DNA from: Squalus acanthias
Lineage: Eukaryota
Length of the DNA: 64,000 nt
Direction of reading: 5' to 3'
Assembly (NCBI GenBank): GCA_030390025.1
Contig: CM059433.1
Location: forward strand, 23,996,001-24,060,000
The notes under the pieces are model-generated. The model saw nothing but the letters and a program-made list of their open reading frames with translations, did no database searches and was not told the origin of the DNA. Numbering within the stretch: the stretch's first letter is position 1; each line of letters begins with the position of its first letter. Positions 23,882 through 36,720 of the stretch are shown one piece after another. The position numbers and the translations under genes were made by a program.

Positions 23882-24898
23882 GTGTACTTCAAGGATATCT
23901 CTGCAGGAGTTCCTCAGGGAAGTGTCCTAGGCCCAACCATCTTCAGCTGCTTCATCAATGACCTTCCCTCCATCATAAGGTCAGAAGTGGGGATGTTTGC
24001 TGATGACTGCACAGTGTTCAGCTCCATTCACAACTCCTCAGATAATGAAACAGTCCATGCCCACATGCAGCAAGACCTGGACGACATTCAGGCTTGGGCT
24101 GATAAGTGGCAAGTAACATTCGCGCCACACAAGTGCCAGGCAATGACCATCTCCAACAAGAGAGCGTCTAACCACCTCCCCTTGACATTCAATAGCATTA
24201 CCATCGTCGAATCCCCCATCATTGACATCCTGGGGTCACCATTGACCAGAGACTTAACTGGACCAGCCACATAAATACTGTGGCTACAAGAGCAGGTCAG
24301 AGGCTGGATATTCTGTGGTAAGTGACTCACCTCCTGACTCCCCAAAGCCTTTCCTCTATCGACAAGGCACAAGTTAGGAGTGAGATGAAATACTGTTCAC
24401 TTGCCTGAATGAGTGCAGCTCCAACAACACTCAAGAAGCTCGACACCATCCAGGACCAAGCAGCCCACCTGATTGGCACCCCATCCACCACTTTAAACAT
24501 TCAATCCCTCCACCACCGGCACACTGTAGCTGCAGTGTATACCATCTACAAGATGCAATGCAGCAACTCACCAAGGCTTCTTCGGCAGCACCTCCCAAAC
24601 CTGTAATCTCCACCACCTAGAAGGACAAGGCAGCAGGAACATGGGAACACCACCACCTCCAAGTTCCCCTCCAAGTCACACACCATCCTGACTTGGAAAT
24701 ATATCACCGTTCCTTTATCGTGGCTGGATCAAAATCCTGGAACTCACTCCCTAACAGCACTGTGGGATTACCTTCACCACAAGGACTGCAGTGGTTCAAG
24801 AAGGCGGCTCACCACCACCTTCTCAAGGGCAATTAGGGATGGGCAATAAATGCTGGTCTTGCCAGCAATGCCAACATCCCAGGAACGAATAAAAAAAA
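23882..24898 (+). mobile_element. 5'-truncated CR1-group non-LTR retrotransposon (RT C-terminal half + 3'UTR), distinct from the CR1 copies
   Basis: GVPQGSVLGPTIFSCFINDL..MFADDC..WADKWQVTF; frameshifts and stops; ends GGCAATAAATGCTGG...GAATAAAAAAAA. Confidence 0.9.
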
Positions 24899-25866
24899 CT
24901 CTCTAAATTTTATATTTACAATTTCAAAATAAAGATAACTTTGTTTTAGGACTCAGTAGGTATTTCTGCAAAAGAGAATTATGCATAAGCCTTAATTATA
25001 ACCTCTAAACAAAATTCCATTTTAACTGAGCAATATTAGTTATTTTATTATAGTACTTCCAGAAGGGTTGAGTACTTTACATTGAACTTACTTCAGTCCA
25101 GAGCGAAGCCTGCCTATAAATAAATTACTTGGCACGATGTTTTCCACTTTTAGAAACCAGGATGCTAACCCTGCCCTTTTTGCTTATTTTACAACAATAA
25201 AAAGAATTATTAATTCCCTCAACTTTCAATTGAGTGAGTTTGTTTTAAACGATATACTGGCAGAAACTTGACCAATCAAGATTCACCTCCAACAATTGTC
25301 AAGATCAAGCTCCTTCATAATTTTGAAAACTCAAAGCCTCATTTATTCCAATGGGAAATATATGCTTCTAATAAGATCCCTCTACTAATTAAGACATAAA
25401 TATAAAATGTGAAATATGAGCTCAGTTTATTTGCAGAAGTTCACAGTCTGATAGTGAATCAAATCTCTCTGTGTTTGATGATGGAAGAAAAGCTGCAATC
25501 ATGGAAAATAGGGCATCACCTCAGTACCCTGGTCAATAGTCCACAGTACCTGAGTTAAGTATCTTTAAAATAATTGAATGAAAGTATATCCTATCCAAAA
25601 AGAATCACAAGTTAGGAAACATAACAAGTTAGAACTGAAATGGAAAAAACATTTCAATTAGTGTTCTGGTAAAGATTCTAGCAGTTAAAATGGGATTTAT
25701 TATTGATTGACTGTTCAAATTAAGGGTTTATCTTAACAAAATGGTTCTTTTAGCACATTGAGGAAAAAGTATTTTTAATACTTCACTCGTCAATCTCCCA
25801 TACCGTTACACGTGGGGAATCAAGACCAAGTGTAGTCTTCAGGTGAAATAGTGTTAGAGAGCAGGA

Positions 25867-26135
25867 GATAATTGGACCAGAGCGTGCAAACATAATTCAG
25901 TCCCCATTTTAAAGTCATATATTCAGTCCTAATTTTTATATTTCCATTACAAATTCCTACATCCACATTTACAATGGACGCTGCCTATGTAAACTTATCA
26001 TGCTGTGATTGCACCCTCCCACCAGTAGTGGCACTGCAGCACCTCCACTGGGGAGAGAGTGTAATTGCAGTGTGACAAGATTACATCGGCAGTTTCCATT
26101 ATAAATGTTAACATAGGAATTAATAATGAAAAAAG
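25867..26135. repeat. Uninterrupted copy of the palindromic element seen at 17742-19335
   Basis: GATAATTGGACCAG..ATAATTCAGTCCCCATTTTAA matches 17742-17790; the centre CACCCTCC..GCAGTGTGACA..GGCAGTTTCCATT matches 19120-19225. Confidence 0.75.
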
Positions 26136-27230
26136 TTGGCAGGAAGTGCACGCAAATGTAAGATTTTTAATATATTACTAGTCAATCTGCTGTGGCATTG
26201 CACGTGGGAAGTCAGATAATATGGTCACTCTCTTACCTGTCTGCTGTTTTTGTTTTGCAGTTTCTCTCTTTGTCTTGAATCTTCTGCTTCTGTCTCTATC
26301 TTTTTTCAGCTGTTTCTCATTCCTTAAGACTTCTATTTGCTTCTTTCTCTGTGCTTTTCAGCTTCTGTCTTTTTCTTTTCTTTTGGGTGGTATGGCATGT
26401 TGTGGTGTGAACACGAGCCAACAACGGCTGCAGGATACAAAGGGCTGTAAGCTGCCTATAAAGTAGCAACTAGTGTATGAGTGGGACACCTTTATCAATG
26501 GAAAGGTCTATCACACCGCCACCTACAGGAGTAACAGATACCACAGGTACTTACAATGTTTTCAATGAAATATGCATCTCACATACCAAATGTTAATATA
26601 TAATAGATTATGGATTCTGCTCAAAACTGTTCACCATATTCTAACTCATGTTAAGTGATGAAGTTTACAATCCAAAGTTGTGAGCATATTTTTCATTTCA
26701 TGATACACTGTTGCTTTTGATTGTGAACTTACTTGAATTTCTGACCTATAATTTTCAAATGCCAGTAACTTTTGGGCTTACATTCATCATCAAACATAAT
26801 AATAAATATGAAAATACAGTAGAGCCTGGCGAAATAACCATACCATGTGCTAATGGAATAGAATTGACAATATTACATTGGTTGGACCAGCTTTCGCTAT
26901 TGTCATCGTGTCAGGGCTTTTTCGTTCGCTCAGCTCACCTGGGGATGTATCTGTTGAAACTGGTAAAGCAGCAAATTCACCAGCATTTTCGCCAACAACT
27001 TCCAATCAGGCGCAACTTCTGCTGGGGTCTTACTAATGAAAAAGATGCCATTGTTACAAACGTGAGGCAATATCTTCTGACTTTTGATGGACCAGTTGCA
27101 ATACTGTTGGATATAGTTTATACTGATGGATATAGTTTATATTGTTGGATATAGTTTATACTGTAAGATATAGTTAATTCTGTTGGACATAGTTTATTCT
27201 GTTGCATATAGTTTATACTGCTGGATATAG

Positions 27231-27701
27231 AAACATAGAAACATGGAGCAGGAGTAGGCCATTCGGCCCGTCGAGCCTGCTCCACCATTCAATACGATCA
27301 TGGCTGATCATCCAAATCCAGTACCCTGTCCCTGCTCCCTCACACAGAATCCCCACAGTACAAATAGAGGCCATCTCGGCCCATCGAGCCTGCACCGACA
27401 CATATCCCACCCTATCCCCGTAACCCCACGTATTTAATTCCCCCAAACATATCCCATCCTATCCCCGTAACCCCACATATTTAATCCCCCCCTAACACTA
27501 AGGGTCAATTTATCATAGCCAAATCAACCTAACCCGCACATTTTTGGACTGTGGGAGAAAACCGGAGCACCCGGAGGAAACCCACGCAGACACGGGGAGA
27601 ATGTGCAAACTCCACACAGACAGTCACCCGAGGCCAGATTCGAACCCGGGTCTCTGGCGCTGTGAGGCACCAGTGCTAACCACGATGCCACCGTGTTGTC
27701 C
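27231..27701 (-). mobile_element. V-domain SINE (HE1-like), full length, double tail, at the array edge
   Basis: tRNA-derived head (TGGC..GTGGTTAGC, GGTTCGAATC), V domain GTGTGGAGTTTGCACATTCTCCCCGTGTCTGCGTGGGTTTCCTCCGGGTGCTCCGGTTT, CR1-type tail; ATAG duplicated at 27227-27230 and 27702-27705. Confidence 0.92.
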
Positions 27702-30700
27702 ATAGTTTATACTGTTGGATACAGTTTATAATGTTGGATATAGTTTATACTGTTGGATACAGTTTATACTGTTGGATATAGTTTATACTGTTGGATATAG
27801 TTTATACTGTTGGATACAGTTTATACTGTTGGATATAGTTTATACTGTTGGATATGGTTTATACTGTTGGATATAGTTTATACTGTTGGATATAGTTTAT
27901 ACTGTTGGATACGGTTTATACTGTTGGATATAGTTTATACTGTTGGATATGGTTTATACTGTTGGATATAGTTTATACTGTTGGATACAGTTTATACTGT
28001 TGGATATAGTTTATACTGTTGGATATAGTTTATACTGTTGGATACGGTTTATACTGTTGGATACAGTTTATACTGTTGGATATAGTTTATACTGTTGGAT
28101 ATGGTTTATACTGTTGGATACGGTTTATACTGTTGGATATAGTTTATACTGTTGGATATGGTTTATACTGTTGGATACGGTTTATACTGTTGGATATAGT
28201 TTATACTGTTGGATATAGTTTATACAGTTGGATATAATTTATACTGTTGGATATAGTTTATTCTGTTGGATATAGTTTATTCTGTTGGAATAGGTTATAC
28301 AGTTGGAGATAGCTAATACTGTTGGATATCGTTTATTCTGTTGGATATAGTTTATTCTGTTGGATATAGTTTATACTGTTGGATAAGGTTATACAGTTGG
28401 ATATAGTTTATTCTGTTGGATATAGTTTATACTGTTGGAATAGGTTATACAGTTGGAGATAGTTTATACTGTTGGATATAGTTTATTCTGTTGGATATAG
28501 TTTATTCTGTTGGATATAGTTTATTCTGTTGGATATAGTTTATACTGTTGGATATAGTTTATTCTGTTGGATATAGTTTATTCTGTTGGATATAGTTTAT
28601 TCTGTTGGAATAGGTTATACAGTTGGAGATAGTTTATACTGTTGGATATAGTTTATTCTGTTGGATATAGTTTATTCTGTTGGATATAGTTTATACTGTT
28701 GGATATAGTTTATTCTGTTGGATATAGTTTATTCTGTTGGATATAGTTTATAATGTTCGATATAGTTTATACTGTTGTACATAGTTCATACTATTCAATA
28801 TAGGTTTATACTGTTGGATATAGTTTATAATGTTCAATATAGTTTATTCTGTTGGATATAGTTTATACTGTTGGATATACTTTCTACTGTTGGATTTGGT
28901 TTATCCTGTTGGATATAGTTTATACCGTTGTATATAGTTTATACTGTTGGATATACTTTCTACTGTTGGATAAAGCTTATCATTTTGGAAATAGTTTATA
29001 CTTTTGGACATAGTTTATACTGTTGGATATAGTTCATTCTGTTGGATATAATTTATACTGTTGGATATAGTTTATACTGTTGGATATAGTTTATACTGTT
29101 GGATATAATTTATACTGTTGGATATAGTTTATACTGTTGGATATAGTTCATTCTGTTGGATATAGTTTGTTCTGTTGGATATAGTTTATACTGTTGGATA
29201 TAGTTTATAATGTTGGATATAGTTTATACTGTTGGATATAGTTCATTCTGTTGGATATAGTTCATTCTGTTGGATATAGTTTATTCTGTTGGATATAGTT
29301 TATACTGTTGCATATTGTTCATACTGTTGGATATAATTTATACTGTTGGATATAGTTTATACAGTTGTATATAGTTTATACTGTTGGATACAGTTTATAG
29401 TGTTGGATATAGTTTATTCTGTTGGATATAGTTTATACTTATGGATGTACTTTCTACTGTTGGATAAAGCTTATCATTTTCGATATAGTTTATACTGTTG
29501 GATATAGTTTATACTGTTGGATATAGTTTATACTGTTGGATATAGTTTATAATGTTGGATATAGTTTATAATGTTGGATATAGTTTGTTCTGTTGGATAT
29601 AGTTTATAATGTTGGATATAGTTTGTTCTGTTGGATATAGTTTATAATGTTGGATATAGTTTGTTCTGTTGGATAAATTTTATACTGTTGCATATGGTTT
29701 ATACTGTTGGATATAGTTTATACTGTTGGATATAGTTTATACAGTTGGATACAGTTTATACTGTTGGATATAGTTTTTACAGTTGTATATAGTTTATACT
29801 GTTGGGTACAGTTTATACTGTTGGATGTAGTTTATTCTGTTGGATATAGTTTATACTTATGGATGTACTTTCTACTGTTGGATAAAGCTTATCATTTTCG
29901 ATATAGTTTATACTGTTGGATATAGTTTGTACTGTTGGATATAGTTTGTTCTGTTGGATATAGTTTATACTGTTGGATATAGTTTATAATGTTGGATATA
30001 GTTTGTTCTGTTGGATATAGTTTATACTGTTGGATATAGTTTGTTCTGTTGGATATAGTTTATACTGTTGGATATAGTTTATACTGTTGGATATAGTTTG
30101 TTCTGTTGGATATAGTTTATACTGTTGGATATAGTTTATACAGTTGGATATAATTTATACTGTTGGATATAGTTTATTCTGTTGGATATAGTTTATTCTG
30201 TTGGAATAGGTTATACAGTTGGAGATAGTTTATACTGTTGGATATCGTTTATTCTGTTGGATATAGTTTATTCTGTTGGATATAGTTTATACTGTTGGAT
30301 AAGGTTATACAGTTGGATATAGTTTATTCTGTTGGATATAGTTTATACTGTTGGAATAGGTTATACAGTTGGAGATAGTTTATACTGTTGGATATAGTTT
30401 ATTCTGTTGGATATAGTTTATTCTGTTGGATATAGTTTATTCTGTTGGATATAGTTTATACTGTTGGATATAGTTTATTCTGTTGGATATAGTTTATTCT
30501 GTTGGATATAGTTTATTCTGTTGGAATAGGTTATACAGTTGGAGATAGTTTATACTGTTGGATATAGTTTATTCTGTTGGATATAGTTTATTCTGTTGGA
30601 TATTGTTTATTCTGTTGGATATAGTTTATACTGTTGGATATAGTTTATTCTGTTGGATATAGTTTATTCTGTTGGATATAGTTTATAATGTTCGATATAG

Positions 30701-31503
30701 TTTATACTGTTGTACATAGTTCATACTATTCAATATAGGTTTATACTGTTGGATATAGTTTATAATGTTCAATATAGTTTATTCTGTTGGATATAGTTTA
30801 TACTGTTGGATATACTTTCTACTGTTGGATTTGGTTTATCCTGTTGGATATAGTTTATACTGTTGTATATAGTTTATACTGTTGGATATACTTTCTACTG
30901 TTGGATAAAGCTTATCATTTTGGAAATAGTTTATACTTTTGGACATAGTTTATACTGTTGGATATAGTTCATTCTGTTGGATATAATTTATACTGTTGGA
31001 TATAGTTTATACTGTTGGATATAGTTTATACTGTTGGATATAATTTATACTGTTGGATATAGTTTATACTGTTGGATATAGTTCATTCTGTTGGATATAG
31101 TTTGTTCTGTTGGATATAGTTTATACTGTTGGATATAGTTTATAATGTTGGATATAGTTTATACTGTTGGATATAGTTCATTCTGTTGGATATAGTTCAT
31201 TCTGTTGGATATAGTTTATTCTGTTGCATATAGTTTATACTGTTGCATATTGTTTATACTGTTGGATATAATTTATACTGTTGGATATAGTTTATACAGT
31301 TGTATATAGTTTATACTGTTGGATACAGTTTATAGTGTTGGATATAGTTTATTCTGTTGGATATAGTTTATACTTATGGATGTACTTTCTACTGTTGGAT
31401 AAAGCTTATCATTTTCGATATAGTTTATACTGTTGGATATAGTTTATACTGTTGGATATAGTTTATACTGTTGGATATAGTTTATAATGTTGGATATAGT
31501 TTA

Positions 31504-31937
31504 GGGCAACACGGTGGCATAGTGGTTAGCACTGGTGCCTCACAGCGCCAGGGACCCGGGTTCGAATCTGACCTCGGGTGACTGTCTGTGTGGAGTTTGC
31601 ACATTCTCCCCGTGTCTGCGTGGGTTTCCTCCGGGTGCTCCGGTTTCCTCCCACAGTCCAAAAATGTGTGAGTTAGGTTGATTTGGCTATGATAAATTGA
31701 CCCTTAGTGTTAGGGGGGATTAAATATGTGGGGTTATGGGGATAGGATGGGATATGTTAGGGGGAATTAAATACGTGGGGTTACGGGGGTAGGGTGGGAT
31801 ATGTGTACTGTGGGGATTAAAGCAGGGACAGGGTACTGGATTTGGATGATCAGCCATGATCGTATTGAACGGTGGAGCAGGCTCGACGGGCCGAATGGCC
31901 TACTCCTGCTCCTAGATTCTATGTTTCTATGTTTCTA
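31504..31937 (+). mobile_element. V-domain SINE in satellite, amplified copy 1
   Basis: 434 bp GGGCAACACGG...TTTCTATGTTTCTA, inserted at AGTTTA^TAATGTTGG. Confidence 0.95.
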
Positions 31938-32963
31938 TAATGTTGGATATAGTTTGTTCTGTTGGATATAGTTTATAATGTTGGATATAGTTTGTTCTGT
32001 TGGATATAGTTTATAATGTTGGATATAGTTTGTTCTGTTGGATAAATTTTATACTGTTGCATATGGTTTATACTGTTGGATATAGTTTATACTGTTGGAT
32101 ATAGTTTATACAGTTGGATACAGTTTATACTGTTGGATATAGTTTATACAGTTGTATATAGTTTATACTGTTGGGTACAGTTTATACTGTTGGATGTAGT
32201 TTATTCTGTTGGATATAGTTTATACTTATGGATGTACTTTCTACTGTTGGATAAAGCTTATCATTTTCGATATAGTTTATACTGTTGGATATAGTTTGTA
32301 CTGTTGGATATAGTTTATACTGTTGTATATAGTTTATACTGTTGGATATACTTTCTACTGTTGGATAAAGCTTATCATTTTGGAAATAGTTTATACTTTT
32401 GGACATAGTTTATACTGTTGGATATAGTTCATTCTGTTGGATATAATTTATACTGTTGGATATAGTTTATACTGTTGGATATAGTTTATACTGTTGGATA
32501 TAATTTATACTGTTGGATATAGTTTATACTGTTGGATATAGTTCATTCTGTTGGATATAGTTTGTTCTGTTGGATATAGTTTATACTGTTGGATATAGTT
32601 TATAATGTTGGATATAGTTTATACTGTTGGATATAGTTCATTCTGTTGGATATAGTTCATTCTGTTGGATATAGTTTATTCTGTTGCATATAGTTTATAC
32701 TGTTGCATATTGTTTATACTGTTGGATATAATTTATACTGTTGGATATAGTTTATACAGTTGTATATAGTTTATACTGTTGGATACAGTTTATAGTGTTG
32801 GATATAGTTTATTCTGTTGGATATAGTTTATACTTATGGATGTACTTTCTACTGTTGGATAAAGCTTATCATTTTCGATATAGTTTATACTGTTGGATAT
32901 AGTTTATACTGTTGGATATAGTTTATACTGTTGGATATAGTTTATAATGTTGGATATAGTTTA

Positions 32964-33397
32964 GGGCAACACGGTGGCATAGTGGTTAGCACTGGTGCCT
33001 CACAGCGCCAGGGACCCGGGTTCGAATCTGACCTCGGGTGACTGTCTGTGTGGAGTTTGCACATTCTCCCCGTGTCTGCGTGGGTTTCCTCCGGGTGCTC
33101 CGGTTTCCTCCCACAGTCCAAAAATGTGTGAGTTAGGTTGATTTGGCTATGATAAATTGACCCTTAGTGTTAGGGGGGATTAAATATGTGGGGTTATGGG
33201 GATAGGATGGGATATGTTAGGGGGAATTAAATACGTGGGGTTACGGGGGTAGGGTGGGATATGTGTACTGTGGGGATTAAAGCAGGGACAGGGTACTGGA
33301 TTTGGATGATCAGCCATGATCGTATTGAATGGTGGAGCAGGCTCGACGGGCCGAATGGCCTACTCCTGCTCCTAGATTCTATGTTTCTATGTTTCTA
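32964..33397 (+). mobile_element. V-domain SINE in satellite, amplified copy 2
   Basis: Near-identical to copy 1, same junctions. Confidence 0.95.
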
Positions 33398-35260
33398 TAA
33401 TGTTGGATATAGTTTGTTCTGTTGGATATAGTTTATAATGTTGGATATAGTTTGTTCTGTTGGATAAATTTTATACTGTTGCATATGGTTTATACTGTTG
33501 GATATAGTTTATACTGTTGGATATAGTTTATACAGTTGGATACAGTTTATACTGTTGGATATAGTTTATACAGTTGTATATAGTTTATACTGTTGGGTAC
33601 AGTTTATACTGTTGGATGTAGTTTATTCTGTTGGATATAGTTTATACTTATGGATGTACTTTCTACTGTTGGATAAAGCTTATCATTTTCGATATAGTTT
33701 ATACTGTTGGATATAGTTTGTACTGTTGGATATAGTTTATAATGTTGGATATAGTTTGTTCTGTTGGATATAGTTTATACTGTTGGATATAGTTTGTTCT
33801 GTTGGATATAGTTTATACTGTTGGATATAGTTTATACTGTTGGATATAGTTTGTTCTGTTGGATATAGTTTATACTGTTGGATATAGTTTATACAGTTGG
33901 ATATAATTTATACTGTTGGATATAGTTTATTCTGTTGGATATAGTTTATTCTGTTGGAATAGGTTATACAGTTGGAGATAGTTTATACTGTTGGATATCG
34001 TTTATTCTGTTGGATATAGTTTATTCTGTTGGATATAGTTTATACTGTTGGATATAGTTTATTCTGTTGGATATAGTTTATTCTGTTGGATATAGTTTAT
34101 AATGTTCGATATAGTTTATACTGTTGTACATAGTTCATACTATTCAATATAGGTTTATACTGTTGGATATAGTTTATAATGTTCAATATAGTTTATTCTG
34201 TTGGATATAGTTTATACTGTTGGATATACTTTCTACTGTTGGATTTGGTTTATCCTGTTGGATATAGTTTATACTGTTGTATATAGTTTATACTGTTGGA
34301 TATACTTTCTACTGTTGGATAAAGCTTATCATTTTGGAAATAGTTTATACTTTTGGACATAGTTTATACTGTTGGATATAGTTTATTCTGTTGGATATTG
34401 TTTATTCTGTTGGATATAGTTTATACTGTTGGATATAGTTTATAATGTTGGATATAGTTTATACTGTTGTACATAGTTCATACTATTCAATATAGGTTTA
34501 TACTGTTGGATATAGTTTATAATGTTCAATATAGTTTATTCTGTTGGATATAGTTTATACTGTTGGATATACTTTCTACTGTTGGATTTGGTTTATCCTG
34601 TTGGATATAGTTTATACTGTTGTATATAGTTTATACTGTTGGATATACTTTCTACTGTTGGATAAAGCTTATCATTTTGGAAATAGTTTATACTTTTGGA
34701 CATAGTTTATACTGTTGGATATAGTTCATTCTGTTGGATATAATTTATACTGTTGGATATAGTTTATACTGTTGGATATAGTTTATACTGTTGGATATAA
34801 TTTATACTGTTGGATATAGTTTATACTGTTGGATATAGTTCATTCTGTTGGATATAGTTTGTTCTGTTGGATATAGTTTATACTGTTGGATATAGTTTAT
34901 AATGTTGGATATAGTTTATACTGTTGGATATAGTTCATTCTGTTGGATATAGTTCATTCTGTTGGATATAGTTTATTCTGTTGCATATAGTTTATACTGT
35001 TGCATATTGTTTATACTGTTGGATATAATTTATACTGTTGGATATAGTTTATACAGTTGTATATAGTTTATACTGTTGGATACAGTTTATAGTGTTGGAT
35101 ATAGTTTATTCTGTTGGATATAGTTTATACTTATGGATGTACTTTCTACTGTTGGATAAAGCTTATCATTTTCGATATAGTTTATACTGTTGGATATAGT
35201 TTATACTGTTGGATATAGTTTATACTGTTGGATATAGTTTATAATGTTGGATATAGTTTA

Positions 35261-35694
35261 GGGCAACACGGTGGCATAGTGGTTAGCACTGGTGCCTCAC
35301 AGCGCCAGGGACCCGGGTTCGAATCTGACCTCGGGTGACTGTCTGTGTGGAGTTTGCACATTCTCCCCGTGTCTGCGTGGGTTTCCTCCGGGTGCTCCGG
35401 TTTCCTCCCACAGTCCAAAAATGTGTGAGTTAGGTTGATTTGGCTATGATAAATTGACCCTTAGTGTTAGGGGGGATTAAATATGTGGGGTTATGGGGAT
35501 AGGATGGGATATGTTAGGGGGAATTAAATACGTGGGGTTACGGGGGTAGGGTGGGATATGTGTACTGTGGGGATTAAAGCAGGGACAGGGTACTGGATTT
35601 GGATGATCAGCCATGATCGTATTGAACGGTGGAGCAGGCTCGACGGGCCGAATGGCCTACTCCTGCTCCTAGATTCTATGTTTCTATGTTTCTA
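35261..35694 (+). mobile_element. V-domain SINE in satellite, amplified copy 3
   Basis: Near-identical to copy 1, same junctions. Confidence 0.95.
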
Positions 35695-36720
35695 TAATGT
35701 TGGATATAGTTTGTTCTGTTGGATATAGTTTATAATGTTGGATATAGTTTGTTCTGTTGGATATAGTTTATAATGTTGGATATAGTTTGTTCTGTTGGAT
35801 AAATTTTATACTGTTGCATATGGTTTATACTGTTGGATATAGTTTATACTGTTGGATATAGTTTATACAGTTGGATACAGTTTATACTGTTGGATATAGT
35901 TTATACAGTTGTATATAGTTTATACTGTTGGGTACAGTTTATACTGTTGGATGTAGTTTATTCTGTTGGATATAGTTTATACTTATGGATGTACTTTCTA
36001 CTGTTGGATAAAGCTTATCATTTTCGATATAGTTTATACTGTTGGATATAGTTTGTACTGTTGGATATAGTTTATACTGTTGTATATAGTTTATACTGTT
36101 GGATATACTTTCTACTGTTGGATAAAGCTTATCATTTTGGAAATAGTTTATACTTTTGGACATAGTTTATACTGTTGGATATAGTTCATTCTGTTGGATA
36201 TAATTTATACTGTTGGATATAGTTTATACTGTTGGATATAGTTTATACTGTTGGATATAATTTATACTGTTGGATATAGTTTATACTGTTGGATATAGTT
36301 CATTCTGTTGGATATAGTTTGTTCTGTTGGATATAGTTTATACTGTTGGATATAGTTTATAATGTTGGATATAGTTTATACTGTTGGATATAGTTCATTC
36401 TGTTGGATATAGTTCATTCTGTTGGATATAGTTTATTCTGTTGCATATAGTTTATACTGTTGCATATTGTTTATACTGTTGGATATAATTTATACTGTTG
36501 GATATAGTTTATACAGTTGTATATAGTTTATACTGTTGGATACAGTTTATAGTGTTGGATATAGTTTATTCTGTTGGATATAGTTTATACTTATGGATGT
36601 ACTTTCTACTGTTGGATAAAGCTTATCATTTTCGATATAGTTTATACTGTTGGATATAGTTTATACTGTTGGATATAGTTTATACTGTTGGATATAGTTT
36701 ATAATGTTGGATATAGTTTA

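Noticed and set aside
26711..27154. 147-aa plus-strand ORF at the array edge
   Set aside because: TTG start, no recognisable motif, runs into satellite monomers.
31504..31580. tRNA genes in the array
   Set aside because: A/B boxes belong to SINE heads that continue into the V domain and LINE tail; no proper acceptor stem seen.
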